Of a stretch of DNA of 64,000 nt, positions 52,088 through 64,000 are shown piece by piece. The notes below the pieces were generated by a model, which saw nothing but the letters and a program-made list of their open reading frames with translations, ran no database searches and was not told where the DNA came from. The DNA lies in assembly GCF_004010195.1 (NCBI RefSeq), contig NC_057720.1:31332150-31396149 (forward strand), in the 5' to 3' direction. Both the position numbers and the translations under genes were made by a program. The stretch's first letter is position 1; each line of letters begins with the position of its first letter. The DNA comes from Chiloscyllium plagiosum (taxonomy: Eukaryota).

Positions 52088-53895
52088 CAGGAGGGCCGCG
52101 TATGTGTGGAACCGCAGGAGAAGGGGAAGATACTAAATGAGTATTTTGCATCAGTATTTACTGTAGAGAAGGATATGGAAGCTGGAGAACTTGGGGAAAT
52201 AAATAGTAACATCTTGAGAAATGTTCGTATCATGGAGGAGGTGGTGCTGGACATCTTGAAATGCATAAAGATGGATAAATCCCATGACCTGATCAGGCAT
52301 ACCCTAGAACTTTGTAGGAAGCTAAGGAAGTGATTTCTGGGCACCTTGCTGAGATAGTTGTATCATCAATAGCCACAGGTGAGATGCCAAAAGACTGGAG
52401 GTTGGCTCATGTGGTGTGACTATGTAAGAAAAGTGGTAAGGAAAAGCCAGGGATCTATAGACTAGTGATCCTAACGTCGGTGATGGGCAAGTTGTTGAAG
52501 GGGATGCTGAGGGACAGGAGTTACATGTACTTGGAAGGACAAGGTCTGATTAGGGATAGTCAACATGGCCTTGTGCATGGGAAATCGTGTCTCACTACTT
52601 AATTGAGGTTTTTGAAGAAGTGACGAAGAGGATTGATAAAGGCAGAATGTTGGACATGATCTATGCAGACTTCATATGACATTTGACAAGGTTTCACGTG
52701 GTAGACTGGTTAGCAAGGTTAGAACACATGGAATACAAGGAAAAATAGCCATCTGGATACAGAATTGACTCAAGGGTAAGGGGACAGAGGGGGCTGGTGG
52801 AGAGTTGCTTTCGGACTGGAGGCTTGTGACCAACTGTGTGCCGCAGGATCAGTGCTGGGTTCACTGCTTTTTGTCATTTATATAAATGATTTGGATGTGA
52901 ACATAGGAGGGATGGTCAGTAAGTTTGCAGATGACAACAAAATTGATGATTGAGGATGATCAGCCATGATCATAATGAATGGTGGTGCAGGCTCGAAGGG
53001 CAGAATGGCCTACTCCTGCACCTATTGACTATTGGTGGTGTAGTGGACAGCGAAGAAAGTTATCTCAGGGTACAAGAGGTCCTTGATCAGATTGGCCGAG
53101 GAGTGGCAGGTGGAGTTTAATTTAAATAAATGTGAAGTGCTGCATTTTGGAAAGGCATATCAGGGCAAGACTTAATGGTAACGTCCTGGGGAGTGTTGCT
53201 GAACAAAGAGACCTTTGCAGGTTTATATTTCCTTGAAAGAATCACAGGTAGACAGGATAGTGAAGAAGGCATTTGATATGCTTGTCTTTATTGGTCAGTT
53301 CATTGAGTACAGAGTTGAAAGGTCATGGTGCAGCTGTACAGGGCATTGGTTACGCCACTTTTGGAATACTGCATTCAATTTTGGTCTCCCTGCTATAGGA
53401 AGGATGTTGTGAAACTTAAAAGGGCTCAGTAAAGATCTACAAGGAAGTTGCCTGGGTTGGAGATTTTGTGCTATAGGGAGAGGCTGAAAAGGCTAGGGCT
53501 ATATTCCTTGGAGTGTTGGAGACTGACAAGTGTCCTTATATAAGTTTATAAAGTCATGAGGGGCATGGACCAGGTAAATAGCAAAGGTCTTTTCTCCATG
53601 GCAGCGGAAACTAATGGGCATAGGTTTAACGTGAGAGGGGAAAGATTTAAAAGGGTCCAAAGGGGCAACTCTTTCATGCAGAGGATTGTGCGTGTATAGA
53701 ATAAGCTGCGAGAGGAAGTGGTGGAAGCTGTCACAATTACAGCATTTAAAAGGCATCTGGATGGGTATATGAATAGGCATAGGGGTATGGGCCAAATGCT
53801 GGCAAATGGGACTAGATTAATTTAGGATATCTGGTCGCCATGGACTAGTTGGACCGAAGGGTATGTTTCCATGTTGTACATTTCTATGACTCTCT
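52088..53895 (+). mobile_element. CR1 ORF2 RT to 3' end, inside an older minus-strand CR1 (51915-52087 and 53896-54180), with a CR1 tail insert at ~52952-53030
   Basis: LNEYFASVFT, QHG.V.GKSC and KFADD motifs; the small insert is flanked by attgatgat / attggtggt. Confidence 0.9.
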
Positions 53896-54300
53896 ATGCC
53901 TTTATAATTTTGAATTCACTGCCTTTTCAGAAAGAGAGTTCCAAAGGCTCTCAACACTCTTGAGAAAAAATCCCACCATGTGTGTTTTAAATGGATGACC
54001 CCTAAATTTTAAATAGTGACCTCTAGTCCTAGAATATGCCATATGAGGAAACATCTTTTCCACATCTACCATGTCAAGACCCGGTGGCACCTTAGATGTT
54101 CCAGTCATGTCACATCTTACTCGCCTAAACTCCAATGGGTACAAGCCTAGCATGTCCAACATTTCCTTAAGTGACAGCACCTCTCTGTTATTCCAGTTTA
54201 GTTGATATTCCTATTATAGGCAATGATACTCAACAATCACTAAAACTAGGCCACTAAATTTCTCCTTAGTTTTGACATAATATCAAGATAGTGGTAGTAT

Positions 54301-55540
54301 GTGGAACAGTCCATCTTCTGCAGCTACACTGGCACCACTCCCCACCTTTTCCTCCGCTACATCGATGACTGTATAAGCGCTGCCTTGTGCTCCCACGAGG
54401 AGGTTGAACAGTTCATCCACTTTACCAACACCTTCCACCCCGACCTCAAATTCACCTGAACTGTCTCAGACTCCTCCCTCCCCTTCCTAGACCTTTCCAT
54501 TTCTATCTCAGGCGACCGAATCAACACGGACATTTACTATAAACCGACCGACTCCCACAGCTACCTAGACTACACCTCCTCCCACTCTGNNNNNNNNNNN
54601 NNNNNNNNNNNNNNNNNNNNNNNNNNNNNNNNNNNNNNNNNNNNNNNNNNNNNNNNNNNNNNNNNNNNNNNNNNNNNNNNNNNNNNNNNNNNNNNNNNNN
54701 NNNNNNNNNNNNNNNNNNNNNNNNNNNNNNNNNNNNNNNNNNNNNNNNNNNNNNNNNNNNNNNNNNNNNNNNNNNNNNNNNNNNNNNNNNNNNNNNNNNN
54801 NNNNNNNNNNNNNNNNNNNNNNNNNNNNNNNNNNNNNNNNNNNNNNNNNNNNNNNNNNNNNNNNNNNNNNNNNNNNNNNNNNNNNNNNNNNNNNNNNNNN
54901 NNNNNNNNNNNNNNNNNNNNNNNNNNNNNNNNNNNNNNNNNNNNNNNNNNNNNNNNNNNNNNNNNNNNNNNNNNNNNNNNNNNNNNNNNNNNNNNNNNNN
55001 NNNNNNNNNNNNNNNNNNNNNNNNNNNNNNNNNNNNNNNNNNNNNNNNNNNNNNNNNNNNNNNNNNNNNNNNNNNNNNNNNNNNNNNNNNNNNNNNNNNN
55101 NNNNNNNNNNNNNNNNNNNNNNNNNNNNNNNNNNNNNNNNNNNNNNNNNNNNNNNNNNNNNNNNNNNNNNNNNNNNNNNNNNNNNNNNNNNNNNNNNNNN
55201 NNNNNNNNNNNNNNNNNNNNNNNNNNNNNNNNNNNNNNNNNNNNNNNNNNNNNNNNNNNNNNNNNNNNNNNNNNNNNNNNNNNNNNCTTCCTAACCTGCA
55301 ATCTTCTTCCTGACCTCTCCGCCCCCACCCCCACTCCGGCCTATCACCCTCCCCTTGGCCTCCTTCCACCTATCGCATTTCCAATGCCCCTCCCCCAAGT
55401 CCCTCCTCCCTACCTTTTATCTTAGCCTGCTTGGCACAGTCTCCTCATTCCTGAAGAAGGGCTCATGCCCGAAACGTCGATTCTCCTGCTCCTTGGATGC
55501 TGCCTGACCTGCTGCGCTTTTCCAGCAACACATTTTCAGC
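54301..55540 (+). mobile_element. Penelope-like element (RT core to terminus) with 13-bp TSD, contains an N-gap
   Basis: LFLRYIDD, FHPDLKFT, LPFLD and IYYKPTDSHSYL PLE RT motifs; atagtggtagtat at 54288-54300 and 55541-55553. Confidence 0.95.
55445..55483 (+). ncRNA. Minimal hammerhead ribozyme core (PLE terminus)
   Basis: CTGAAGA-a-GGGC-tcat-GCCC-GAAA-CGTC at 55451-55478. Confidence 0.75.
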
Positions 55541-55636
55541 ATAGTGGTAGTATCCCTACTTTTAAGCCAGGAGGCCTGTGTTCAAGTTCCACCTGTTCCA
55601 GAGGTATATAATAACATCTCTGAACGAGTTGATTCA
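55541..55636 (+). mobile_element. Short tRNA-derived SINE, target of the Penelope insertion
   Basis: tagtggtag A-box-like and gttcaagttcc B-box-like motifs. Confidence 0.55.
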
Positions 55637-56641
55637 ATTTTTTTGTAACCACAGCTTTGCAACAGTGATTCCCTATAATGGCCAATAGCATAACCATTCT
55701 ACCAAGGAGTGAGACCAAGTAGGCACAGGGAGTTAATTAATAGGTGAGATATGCCAATGATTTGTACTTTCAGGGACTATGCATACACAAGTAAAAGAAG
55801 TGGGAGGCAAATACTTTAAAATGAGAACTTGTTGGTATGCTTTTAAAATGTCACTAATTTCATAACCTGTGTTATAATGTCAATATGCAGTGATAAAAAG
55901 ACAATGATCAAAAACTGGATTTAATTTAATGCTTTTGCATTCAGCCTACACAAACTAGTTAAAAAGGGAATTCCTCACTTGTTTTTCAAACGTTGATTAT
56001 TCCCACTCAACTAGTGGGAAAAGATGGGCAACTGAAACTCTGACAAAGGCTCTACTTGATGCCTCTGGCAGAGGCCCAACTGACTCATCAGGCTGTGTAT
56101 AATAAAACGCCTTCCTTCCATTATCACAGCAGTCTTGAATTCTGTAGCCAAAACAATGGAAAATTGTGTATCTTAAACTGCAGATCTCCTGGTAGCTGAA
56201 AACACTGTTTAAAGAAAAGGTTGGTGACAGATAAGAGGGTGGGGGAAAGTCTCAAACGTGGCACCAAATCCCTCTGAGCCTATGTGGTGTGTGAAATAAA
56301 AAGCCCTTCCTCTGTACTGAAAGGGCACCACTTAAATAGAGGCTAAATGGAGGCATTATTGAAAGAATCCCACCATTTTACTTGTTCCTATTGTGCAGAG
56401 CAGTTCAATAAATGTCTCGTGAAGTTTTGGCATTTGTCCACTATCCCTTTCAACTGTTAGATTACAATGTGTCCTTTTCTCAACTATTCATACTGAACAG
56501 TATTTGACAAATTAACTGTTCTACCACTGCATTCCTTACTCGTTGATTTTTAAATATTGCCTTTTTCATACTTCTGTCTCTCCCCAAACCAGGAAGAAAA
56601 CTGTAACCTTCCAGCCATATCTGTTGTGGCCAGCTCTGAAA

Positions 56642-56867
56642 TCGGGGTGTCCTGTTATGGGGACTGGGACCCCAAGTAGGATCACAAGCTGAAAGTTTGT
56701 GATTGCAATGGCCACTGGGAAACTCTGACTGAGCTGCACTCCCAGTTTAACAGGCTTGTATTCCCACAGTCACCACACACCACTCCCCCAGTCTCACTGA
56801 GGGGTCACAATGATTTTAAAGCTTAACAATGGGATCCACAATGGAGAAAAATGTTTAAGAAGCACTG
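56642..56867. mobile_element. Possible hAT-like MITE relic
   Basis: Begins cggggtgtcc, ends aaaaatgtttaagaagcactg, with internal gggaccc and ggggtcac motifs. Confidence 0.35.
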
Positions 56868-58294
56868 GCCTGAAGTGTCTTGATTTGTTTCACCAGTCTA
56901 CACTTTGGTCAGAAAAAAAAAAGGAACTGCAAATTCACATCCTACCATCTTATTGAGACATGTCATAAGGTTTCTTTCCCTGAACTGCACCATTTTACCT
57001 TTGACAATGCAGCGGGTTCCCAGATGCTGCAATCTTTTGAATGTTCAAGAGAAGTGTAATTAATTGAAAGCTGACCATTAAAATGTAGCCCAGATTATTG
57101 AATTATTTCCCAACAATTCAATCACTAATAGAATTTATATGCCTTGTTTCATTCTCAAGAAACATTTCAACAATCTGCTGAAGGAGTTGATCGAATCCAT
57201 TCAGCCGTTTGTTGACATCACTTCCTCTTCCTCCAATAATGCTGCCTCATTATCACTGAATTGAGAGAGACAGAACTACCAGAGTGGATTACTTCAGTAG
57301 ACAACATTAATTTTCCTTCTGCAGTACAGGTCATTCTGTTATTATGAATGTTTCTTCAACATGACTTGTCTGTAATGTGATTTGGGAATGGGGATGCTGT
57401 TTCTAAAGCACAAACTTTTATTATGTGTGTTGGCTATAACGCGATGGAATCGGCAATACTTTAATTGCTACTTTTATTGCATGAATTTTATATAGCGTGG
57501 GGTCACACATAATGCCAACATCGCGTGATAGAAGAACTATTTGTATTCATATATACTGACATTCGATTAAATTGTCAACTCTGGAGATTGTCCAGCTATA
57601 AGAACATTATGGAAGTTGGAGCAGATAAAATCATACCTACCAAAAATAAAACTATTACTATACTGCTGCTTTATTATATGTTCATTCGTCACAATTACCA
57701 CATACTGACATACACACACTGTTGGATAACATCCTATACAGGCACTGAAATTCCTCAGGGGAAATCCACCCACTATTCAGCAGCAGAACAGAACTGCCAC
57801 CCACACATACTGGTAGCTGTAGTCTTATTTCCCAAATTGCAATGATGGAGTTATTTGAATGACTAAGGTGGGTATGTAATGCCAGCAAGCATTAGTTTGG
57901 CACCTGCCCCAAAACTGCTGAACGTTGGAGGAGGACTATGCAAGAGAAGGCCTAACAAGGCCTGCAGCAAATATCTTCAAGGAGTCTCCTACTCTCAACT
58001 GAAGAATTGAGCCCCTTGGGAAGGTAATCAATTCGGTTCTCTCAAAGAGCTCACAGATTACGTAAGCAGCAATGTAGAAGAGCAGAAAGCTGTTCTTTCC
58101 ACAATTATCTTGTCTTTGGAGAAGCTTGTGAAATTGCACGGCTATTCAATTCTCTTTTGGTTGCAATACTATAATTAATTGACTGCTGCCAAATGAAGAA
58201 AACTGATTGTACTGAAGGAAATGTCAATGATTTGCTTGATTAATTTGTGTAATCCCATTTATCTAATGTTATCGAGGTCCCTATGGTAACCATT

Positions 58295-58712
58295 GCCTGA
58301 ATGAATGCAGCTCCATAACACTCTAGAAGCGTAACACTATTGTGGATAAAGTAGCTTGCTTGATTGGCACCCATCAATACCTTCACTATTCTGTGACTTC
58401 ATCACCAGCACACAGTTGCAGCAATGTATGCCATCTGTGTGATGAACTGCACCAACTCCCCGAGGTATTCCTGAGGCAGCACCTTCGAAAGCCTTGACCA
58501 CAATTATTCAGAAAGAAAAGAGAAGCAGGTGTATTGGAACACTACCACCACCAAGTTTCCCTCCAAGTAACATACCATCCTGATGCCATTCTTTCACTGT
58601 CACTGAGTCAAAGGAACTCCTTTATGAATAGTGCTGTGGATGTTCTTTCATCATATAGACTGCAGCAGTTCAAGAAGGCAGCTCACGACTACGTTCTCAA
58701 GGGCAATGAGAC
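58295..58712 (+). mobile_element. CR1-type LINE 3' fragment
   Basis: ctgcagcagttcaagaaggcagctcac...ctcaagggcaa; same family as 39762-40718. Confidence 0.75.
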
Positions 58713-58896
58713 AGACAAATGCAGCAAAGGCCACACAGAACATTCTGTAAAGGAATACAAAGAACCTGGAATCATCCAGATGCATATAATTTGGAAAGGT
58801 TTGTCACTGCTACACTCAATGTTATCCTTTTAAATGAAATCATTGGCAACTCCATTTCTATAATGGCACTAGTTTACCATTACATTTCTGGTAAAC

Positions 58897-59222
58897 AACA
58901 AGTCTTTTCCCTGGAGTCGGGGAGTCCAGAACTAGAGGGCATAGGTTTAGGATGAGAGGGGAAAGATATAAAAGAGACCTAAGGGGCAACTTTTTCATGC
59001 AGATTGTGGTATGTGTATGGAATGAGCTGTCAGAGGAAGTGGTGGAGGCTGGAACAATTGCAACATTTAAGAGGCATTTGGATGGGTATATGAATAGGAA
59101 GGGTTTGGAGGGATATGGGCCAGGTGCTGGCAGGTGGGACTAGATTGGGTTGGGATATCTGGTTGGCATGGATGGGTTGGACTGAAGGGTCTGTTTCCAT
59201 GCTGTACATCTCTATGACTCTA
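58897..59222 (+). mobile_element. CR1 3' end
   Basis: RGERYKRDLRGNFF motif plus 3' UTR and tail. Confidence 0.9.
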
Positions 59223-60155
59223 ACTAAAGGCTCCAAAGTACTTCAGATGAAACAAAATATGACATTGAGTCACAAAATGAGACATCAGGTCAGATGACAG
59301 AGGCAAAAAGGTGTAGTGAGAGAATTCCAGACCATAGAGCTTTGGCACCTGAAGGCATGGGCATCAATGGTGGACTGAATGAAACTGGGACTGCCAAAGA
59401 GTCCATAATTAAATGAGTTCAGATAATTAGATATTTGTGGACCTGGAGGAGACTAGACAAGTGAAACCATGGACATGTAATGATTGTAACTACGTCACAT
59501 AGAATATGACTGAGGCTGTTAATCTGGTCTAACCAGGGAGCCCTGGCTGACAGATAAGAGCAGGAATGTCAGACATCCTGTTCTATCTGACAGCTGGCTC
59601 TGAAGGAGCTGGATCAAAATGAAGGACTCTTCAGGTGCATATAAAGGGTGAATTGGTGATGGAATACTAGCAGATGTGGAGTTTTTTCAGTGGTGACAAG
59701 AGAAAAGCACACTCCTGAAGAAATATGGTCGCAACAGTCGACTTTGAGTTGGGATAAGCACTTCTGCCATCATTCCATTATTTGGGAAGCTTGACTCATT
59801 CAATCCTGCTGTCGAAGACTAGGCCCAGTATGTGGAAAAAATGCATTATGTTTTCTGGACAATTGATATTGGGACAGATGAAAAGCAATTGACAGCTTGT
59901 GGACCCACAGCTGTTTCAGGTATTAGGAGCCTAACTTTTCCTGAGGCACCAAATACTGAAACCTTTCAAGAGTTGATGGATTTAGTTAAGGAATATTATG
60001 ACCCACGCCTCCTCTAATTCTGAGATGCTATTGGTTTTACTTAGCAATTCGAGAACCATGGGAATCCATATTGGGATTTTTCAAGAGGCTAGGATCACAG
60101 AGGCATGTGATTTTGGTTTAACCCTTAATAAGATGTTGAGAGACCATTTGGTTTC

Positions 60156-60500
60156 TAGATTAGATTACAACATGATTTGAACCTATAGATTAGATTACTT
60201 ACAATATGGAAACAGGTCCTTTGGCCCAACCAGTCCACACCGACCCTGCGAACAGTAACCCACCTAGACCCATTTCCCTCTGACTAATGCACCTAACACT
60301 ACGGGCAATTTAGCATGGCTAATTCACCTGACCTGCACATCTTTGGACTGTGGGAGGAAACCGGAACACCCAGAGGGAACTCACACAGACACGGAGAGAA
60401 TGTGCAAACTCCACACAGACAGTTGCCTGAGGCTGGAATCAAACTCGGGTCCCTGGCACTGTGAGGCAGCAGTGCTAACCACTGAGCCAGCATGCCGCCC
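60156..60500 (-). mobile_element. HE1/V-SINE-type SINE, full length
   Basis: Highly similar to 26121-26429; (tagat)n tail. Confidence 0.9.
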
Positions 60501-61103
60501 CATGTCCTCTAGTTCTGGACTCCATCATGTAACTGTTTCTTCACAACCATGTTCCTGTCAGCTCCAAAGCCACCATCTTCCTCAACAGTTTGTCCAATGA
60601 AGATGACATCAGCCAATTCCTAGCCTCATCAAATCATCATCCCTGCCCTTGGGTTTACAGGAAAATCCAACCACTACTTCAGACTTTCTGCACTTTACAT
60701 TGGAGCTCAGGGACACCTATGGTTTGAATGCTTTCATCAGGTTGCTTTATGCACAGGGACACCCAAGCATCCTGCATGGTTGCTTTTAAAAATGGACTAC
60801 CACATGTTCAAGCTTTTAGCTGAATTCCTTAATGCTCACTACCTTTAGCTACCAGCTCTATCTACTTCACATTGCTTTGGTGGTTTATATTGACTGACTT
60901 CAGTGTTGACTGACAGGCTGTCAGCTTCTGTGTAGCCCACATTGCTGTCTTAGCACACAAGATCTTTATAATTCAGTTACTCATATTTTGAACATGTTTC
61001 TTGAAGATATGCATACTAACTGTGAGACATTACACAACAGGTGGTGCATTTTATGCACTTATAACAAAGGTGGCATCACATTACATGTTGCTCCATGTGG
61101 GAG

Positions 61104-61251
61104 GACTGTGGGAGGAAACTAGAGCACCCAGAGGGAACCCACACAGACACGGGGAGAACGTGCAAACTCCACACATACAGTCACCCAAGGCTGAGATCAA
61201 ACCTGGGACCCTGGTGCTGTGAGGCAGCAGTGCTAACCACTGAGCCACCAT
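61104..61251 (-). mobile_element. HE1/V-SINE-type SINE 5' half
   Basis: tRNA head and central domain only; stops at ctcccacagtcc. Confidence 0.9.
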
Positions 61252-61738
61252 GGTATGTGGAATTGCTGATGTAACCATGCAAAAGTGCTTGTTAGACTGA
61301 CTTTATCATGGGAAAATGCACAAGTGGGGTATGTGAAATGAAGGATATTCTAATGGAAGTGGACACCCTCGCCAATCTGACTGAGCTTGGGGAACAGCAA
61401 TTGAATGAAGGCAATTGCACAGCCTCACTCTGGACACATCCTGAACAGTGAGACTCTCAGTCAGCCCACAGCAAAACATCTAAACAAAGCCAAGCCTTGG
61501 CTAAACAGTTAAAATGTTCTTCAGGATGTGGGCCGACAAGCCATTGTGGTTGCTGCCAGTATGCTGGCTCAAGACAGCAAAAGGGTCACACTAGACCTAA
61601 ACTGAGTTATACAACTCATACACCAGTATCCAGGAGAACTCACACCCTGGAAAGTTCACCTACATCTGTTTTGGAACAGTTAAATCGCTTAGCAACATCC
61701 ACATCAGAATCAATCAAAATAAACGTCTTGTTAAATGA

Positions 61739-61851
61739 AAACTGAAAGAACTGCGGAAGCAGTAAATCAGAAACAAAAACAAATTGCTGTAAAAGCTCAG
61801 CAGGTCTGGCAGCATCTGTGGATCAAGTATCTCGACCCGAAATGTTAAGTC
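61739..61851. mobile_element. Third-family Penelope terminal fragment with 10-bp TSD
   Basis: tgttaaatga at 61729-61738 and 61852-61861; reverse terminus followed by the plus-strand half-hammerhead gacccgaaatgttaa. Confidence 0.75.
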
Positions 61852-64000
61852 TGTTAAATGATCTGGACTCCAACCCTTAAGTTTGCGCAACACCTCTGCT
61901 AAACTGAGAATCTATACTCGGGAATCTTTACAGATTAAGGGTACAACTTCAGTCCTAGTCACTTATGAGAAGTAGCTGGTTCTGTTATCACTGATGCAGG
62001 AAAAGTCTCATGCCCAACCTTGATGGGTGAAATTGGTTGAGAAAGATTCACCTCGATGGGCTCAAGAATTTTTTGATGAGAAAATGGCTGCCTGAGTGAA
62101 GTACTAATTAAATACGTGCCTGGAAGATTTTCAGGAAGATTTATGGGCTAGCATTGGAGTCAAGGCCACCTTGACCAGGAAGCAATTCCATAATTCTACA
62201 AGTCCTGCCCAGTGCCATTTGCCTTACAGGTAAAAGTAGATGCAGAAACGAAAAGGCTGGAAAGCAAAGTAATCATCAGACCAGTCCAGTTTGCCAAATG
62301 GGCAGCACTGGTTGTACTGATTTTGAAGCCTGAAGGGTCGGTTTGCCTTTGTGGAAACTTAAACAAATGGTAAACCACTTTTCGCAGCTGAATAAATATC
62401 CAACCCCTCACATAGAGAATTTATATGCAAACCTGGCAGGGTGGCTGGCTTTCAAAGCTGGACATGAGCCGCGTGTATTTATGCAGTTGATGAGGTTTCT
62501 CCGATATGCTACAATTAATACCCTTAAGGATTTGTACCAATATATGAGACTGTCATTTGGTGAATTGTCAGCCTATGTAGTTTTTCAGTGGATGATGGAG
62601 AACATTTTACAAGGTCTACCTTAGGTCACTATTTATTTAGATGACATGCTAATAAAGCACTTAGAGAATTTGAAAATCACCTTTAGACATTTCTCTCAGG
62701 TGAGCATATGCTTTTGAAGGGAAATATGTGTGTTCCAGGCACCCCAAGTAACCTACTTGGGCTACAGAGTTGACAAGAACAGATTACATCTGTTGAAAGA
62801 TAAAGTGAAGACTATCAAAGGTGCCCCAGCTGCCATGTCTGTACAGGAGCTTAGATCTTTCTTTGGGCTGGTGAATTATTATGGAGAGTTGTTACACAAC
62901 TAGGCCTCCATCTTGGCACCTTTGCATCAACTCTTCCAGCCATGGTCAGCCATGGAAATGGTTGTAGAGCCAAGCCATATCTTTCAGGCAAGTGAAGAAA
63001 CAGCTATCATCCTCTAAGCAATTGGCACAGTATGGTCCCGAGCAGGATCTGATATTGACATGTGATGCTTCCCACATGGCATTGGGGTACTATTAACTCA
63101 TAGGAGAGAAATGCCCAATACAATATGCGTCTAAGACTTTCGCTAATACAGAGTGGAAATACGCCCAGATAGAGATGGAAGGTTTATGAATGTAAATTTG
63201 TAAGAGTAACGGATCACAAATCCTTGCTGGGTCTATTTAAAGAGGACAAGACAGCACATCCTATAGCTTCAGTCTGAATTCAGTGGTGGGCTCTAATACT
63301 GTGTTTAATTGCAAGTTGGAACATCATCTAGGAGGCCAAGTAGCAAATGCAGATGCATTGAGCTGCCTTCCACGAGCAGATACACCACCAGTGGTACCAC
63401 CACTGGAAGAGTCCATAATGGTTTTAAATTTTCTGGACATGCTTCCAGTCACAGCTGACAATATCAGACTTTGGACACAGAAAGATCCAGTCCTGGCAAA
63501 ACTGCAACAGCTGGTGGTGATGGGGGAAACCAAAGGGCCATCACAACCGCAACCAAATCCTTTCTGGACCCAGAGAAACCAGATCACAGTAGAATATGGC
63601 ATATTATTATGGGGAGCAAGAGTGATTGTCCCAAGCAAAGGTCACTGCCAGATACTGGCTGAACTCTACCAGGGTAATCCAGGGGTTTCCAAAATGAAGT
63701 TATGTCTGGTAGCCAGGATTAGATGCAGATATAACTGCATTGGTGGGATGGTGCCCAGGATGTCAACAAAGACACAACGTTCTGCCAGCAGATGCCCTAC
63801 ATTCATGGGGAATGGCCAGATAAATCCTGTACTCAGTTACACATCAACTATGCTGGTCCTTCTGTGGACTCAATTTTCTCTGTCATTGTGGACACCCGCT
63901 CAAAGTGGATTGATGTGCATAGAGTTCATGTGGCAAACACAGGGACGATGATAGTTTTGAAATACATGGACTTCCAATAATGTTGGTCACAGATAACAGG

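Larger units (their letters stand above)
59476..64000 (+). mobile_element. Decayed Gypsy/Ty3 LTR retrotransposon (5' LTR 59476-59689, PBS, gag, RT, RNase H, start of integrase); runs off the window
   Basis: TG...CA LTR followed by tggtgacaag PBS; gag GKLDSF and LRDHLV|CGI; IYLDD at ~62631; CDAS, TDHK and NADALS; integrase LHINYAGP; RT-RH-IN order. Confidence 0.95.

Noticed and set aside
1..64000. CRISPR array, operon or prokaryotic/viral insertion
   Set aside because: No regularly spaced repeats and no gene-dense intact ORFs; everything recognisable is vertebrate TE sequence

Overview
Eukaryotic, repeat-rich vertebrate DNA. The HE1/V-SINE-type SINEs, the abundant CR1 LINEs and the Penelope termini point to a cartilaginous fish (shark); this is inference from repeat families. 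There are three N-gaps (15294-15812, 35149-35396, 54590-55286). I found no recognisable intact host protein-coding gene: the ORF track is almost entirely decayed retroelement fragments, their antisense shadows, or gap artefacts. Contents: many CR1 copies (one keeps the SGNH-esterase ORF1), Rex1/Babar-type LINEs, an end-to-end L1-clade element with TSD (41395-45843), a Tx1-like 3' end, L2-like remnants, a decayed Gypsy element (59476 to the window end) with a related solo LTR, several SINE families and possible DNA-transposon relics. The most notable signal is a set of Penelope-like (PLE) insertions from about three terminal families. They carry minimal hammerhead-ribozyme cores (three look intact), include ~220-240 bp palindromic mini-elements and have 10-14 bp TSDs (one of 31 bp). 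One appears to have caused a local inversion at its hairpin apex. Also seen: twin-priming-type inversions in a CR1 and a PLE, a four-level TE nest, a SINE-bracketed 1.1 kb insert with unexplained cargo, an unexplained 32-bp direct repeat, and TE-poor islands that may be enhancers or minus-strand exons. Repeat boundaries were read by eye and are approximate unless a TSD is quoted.
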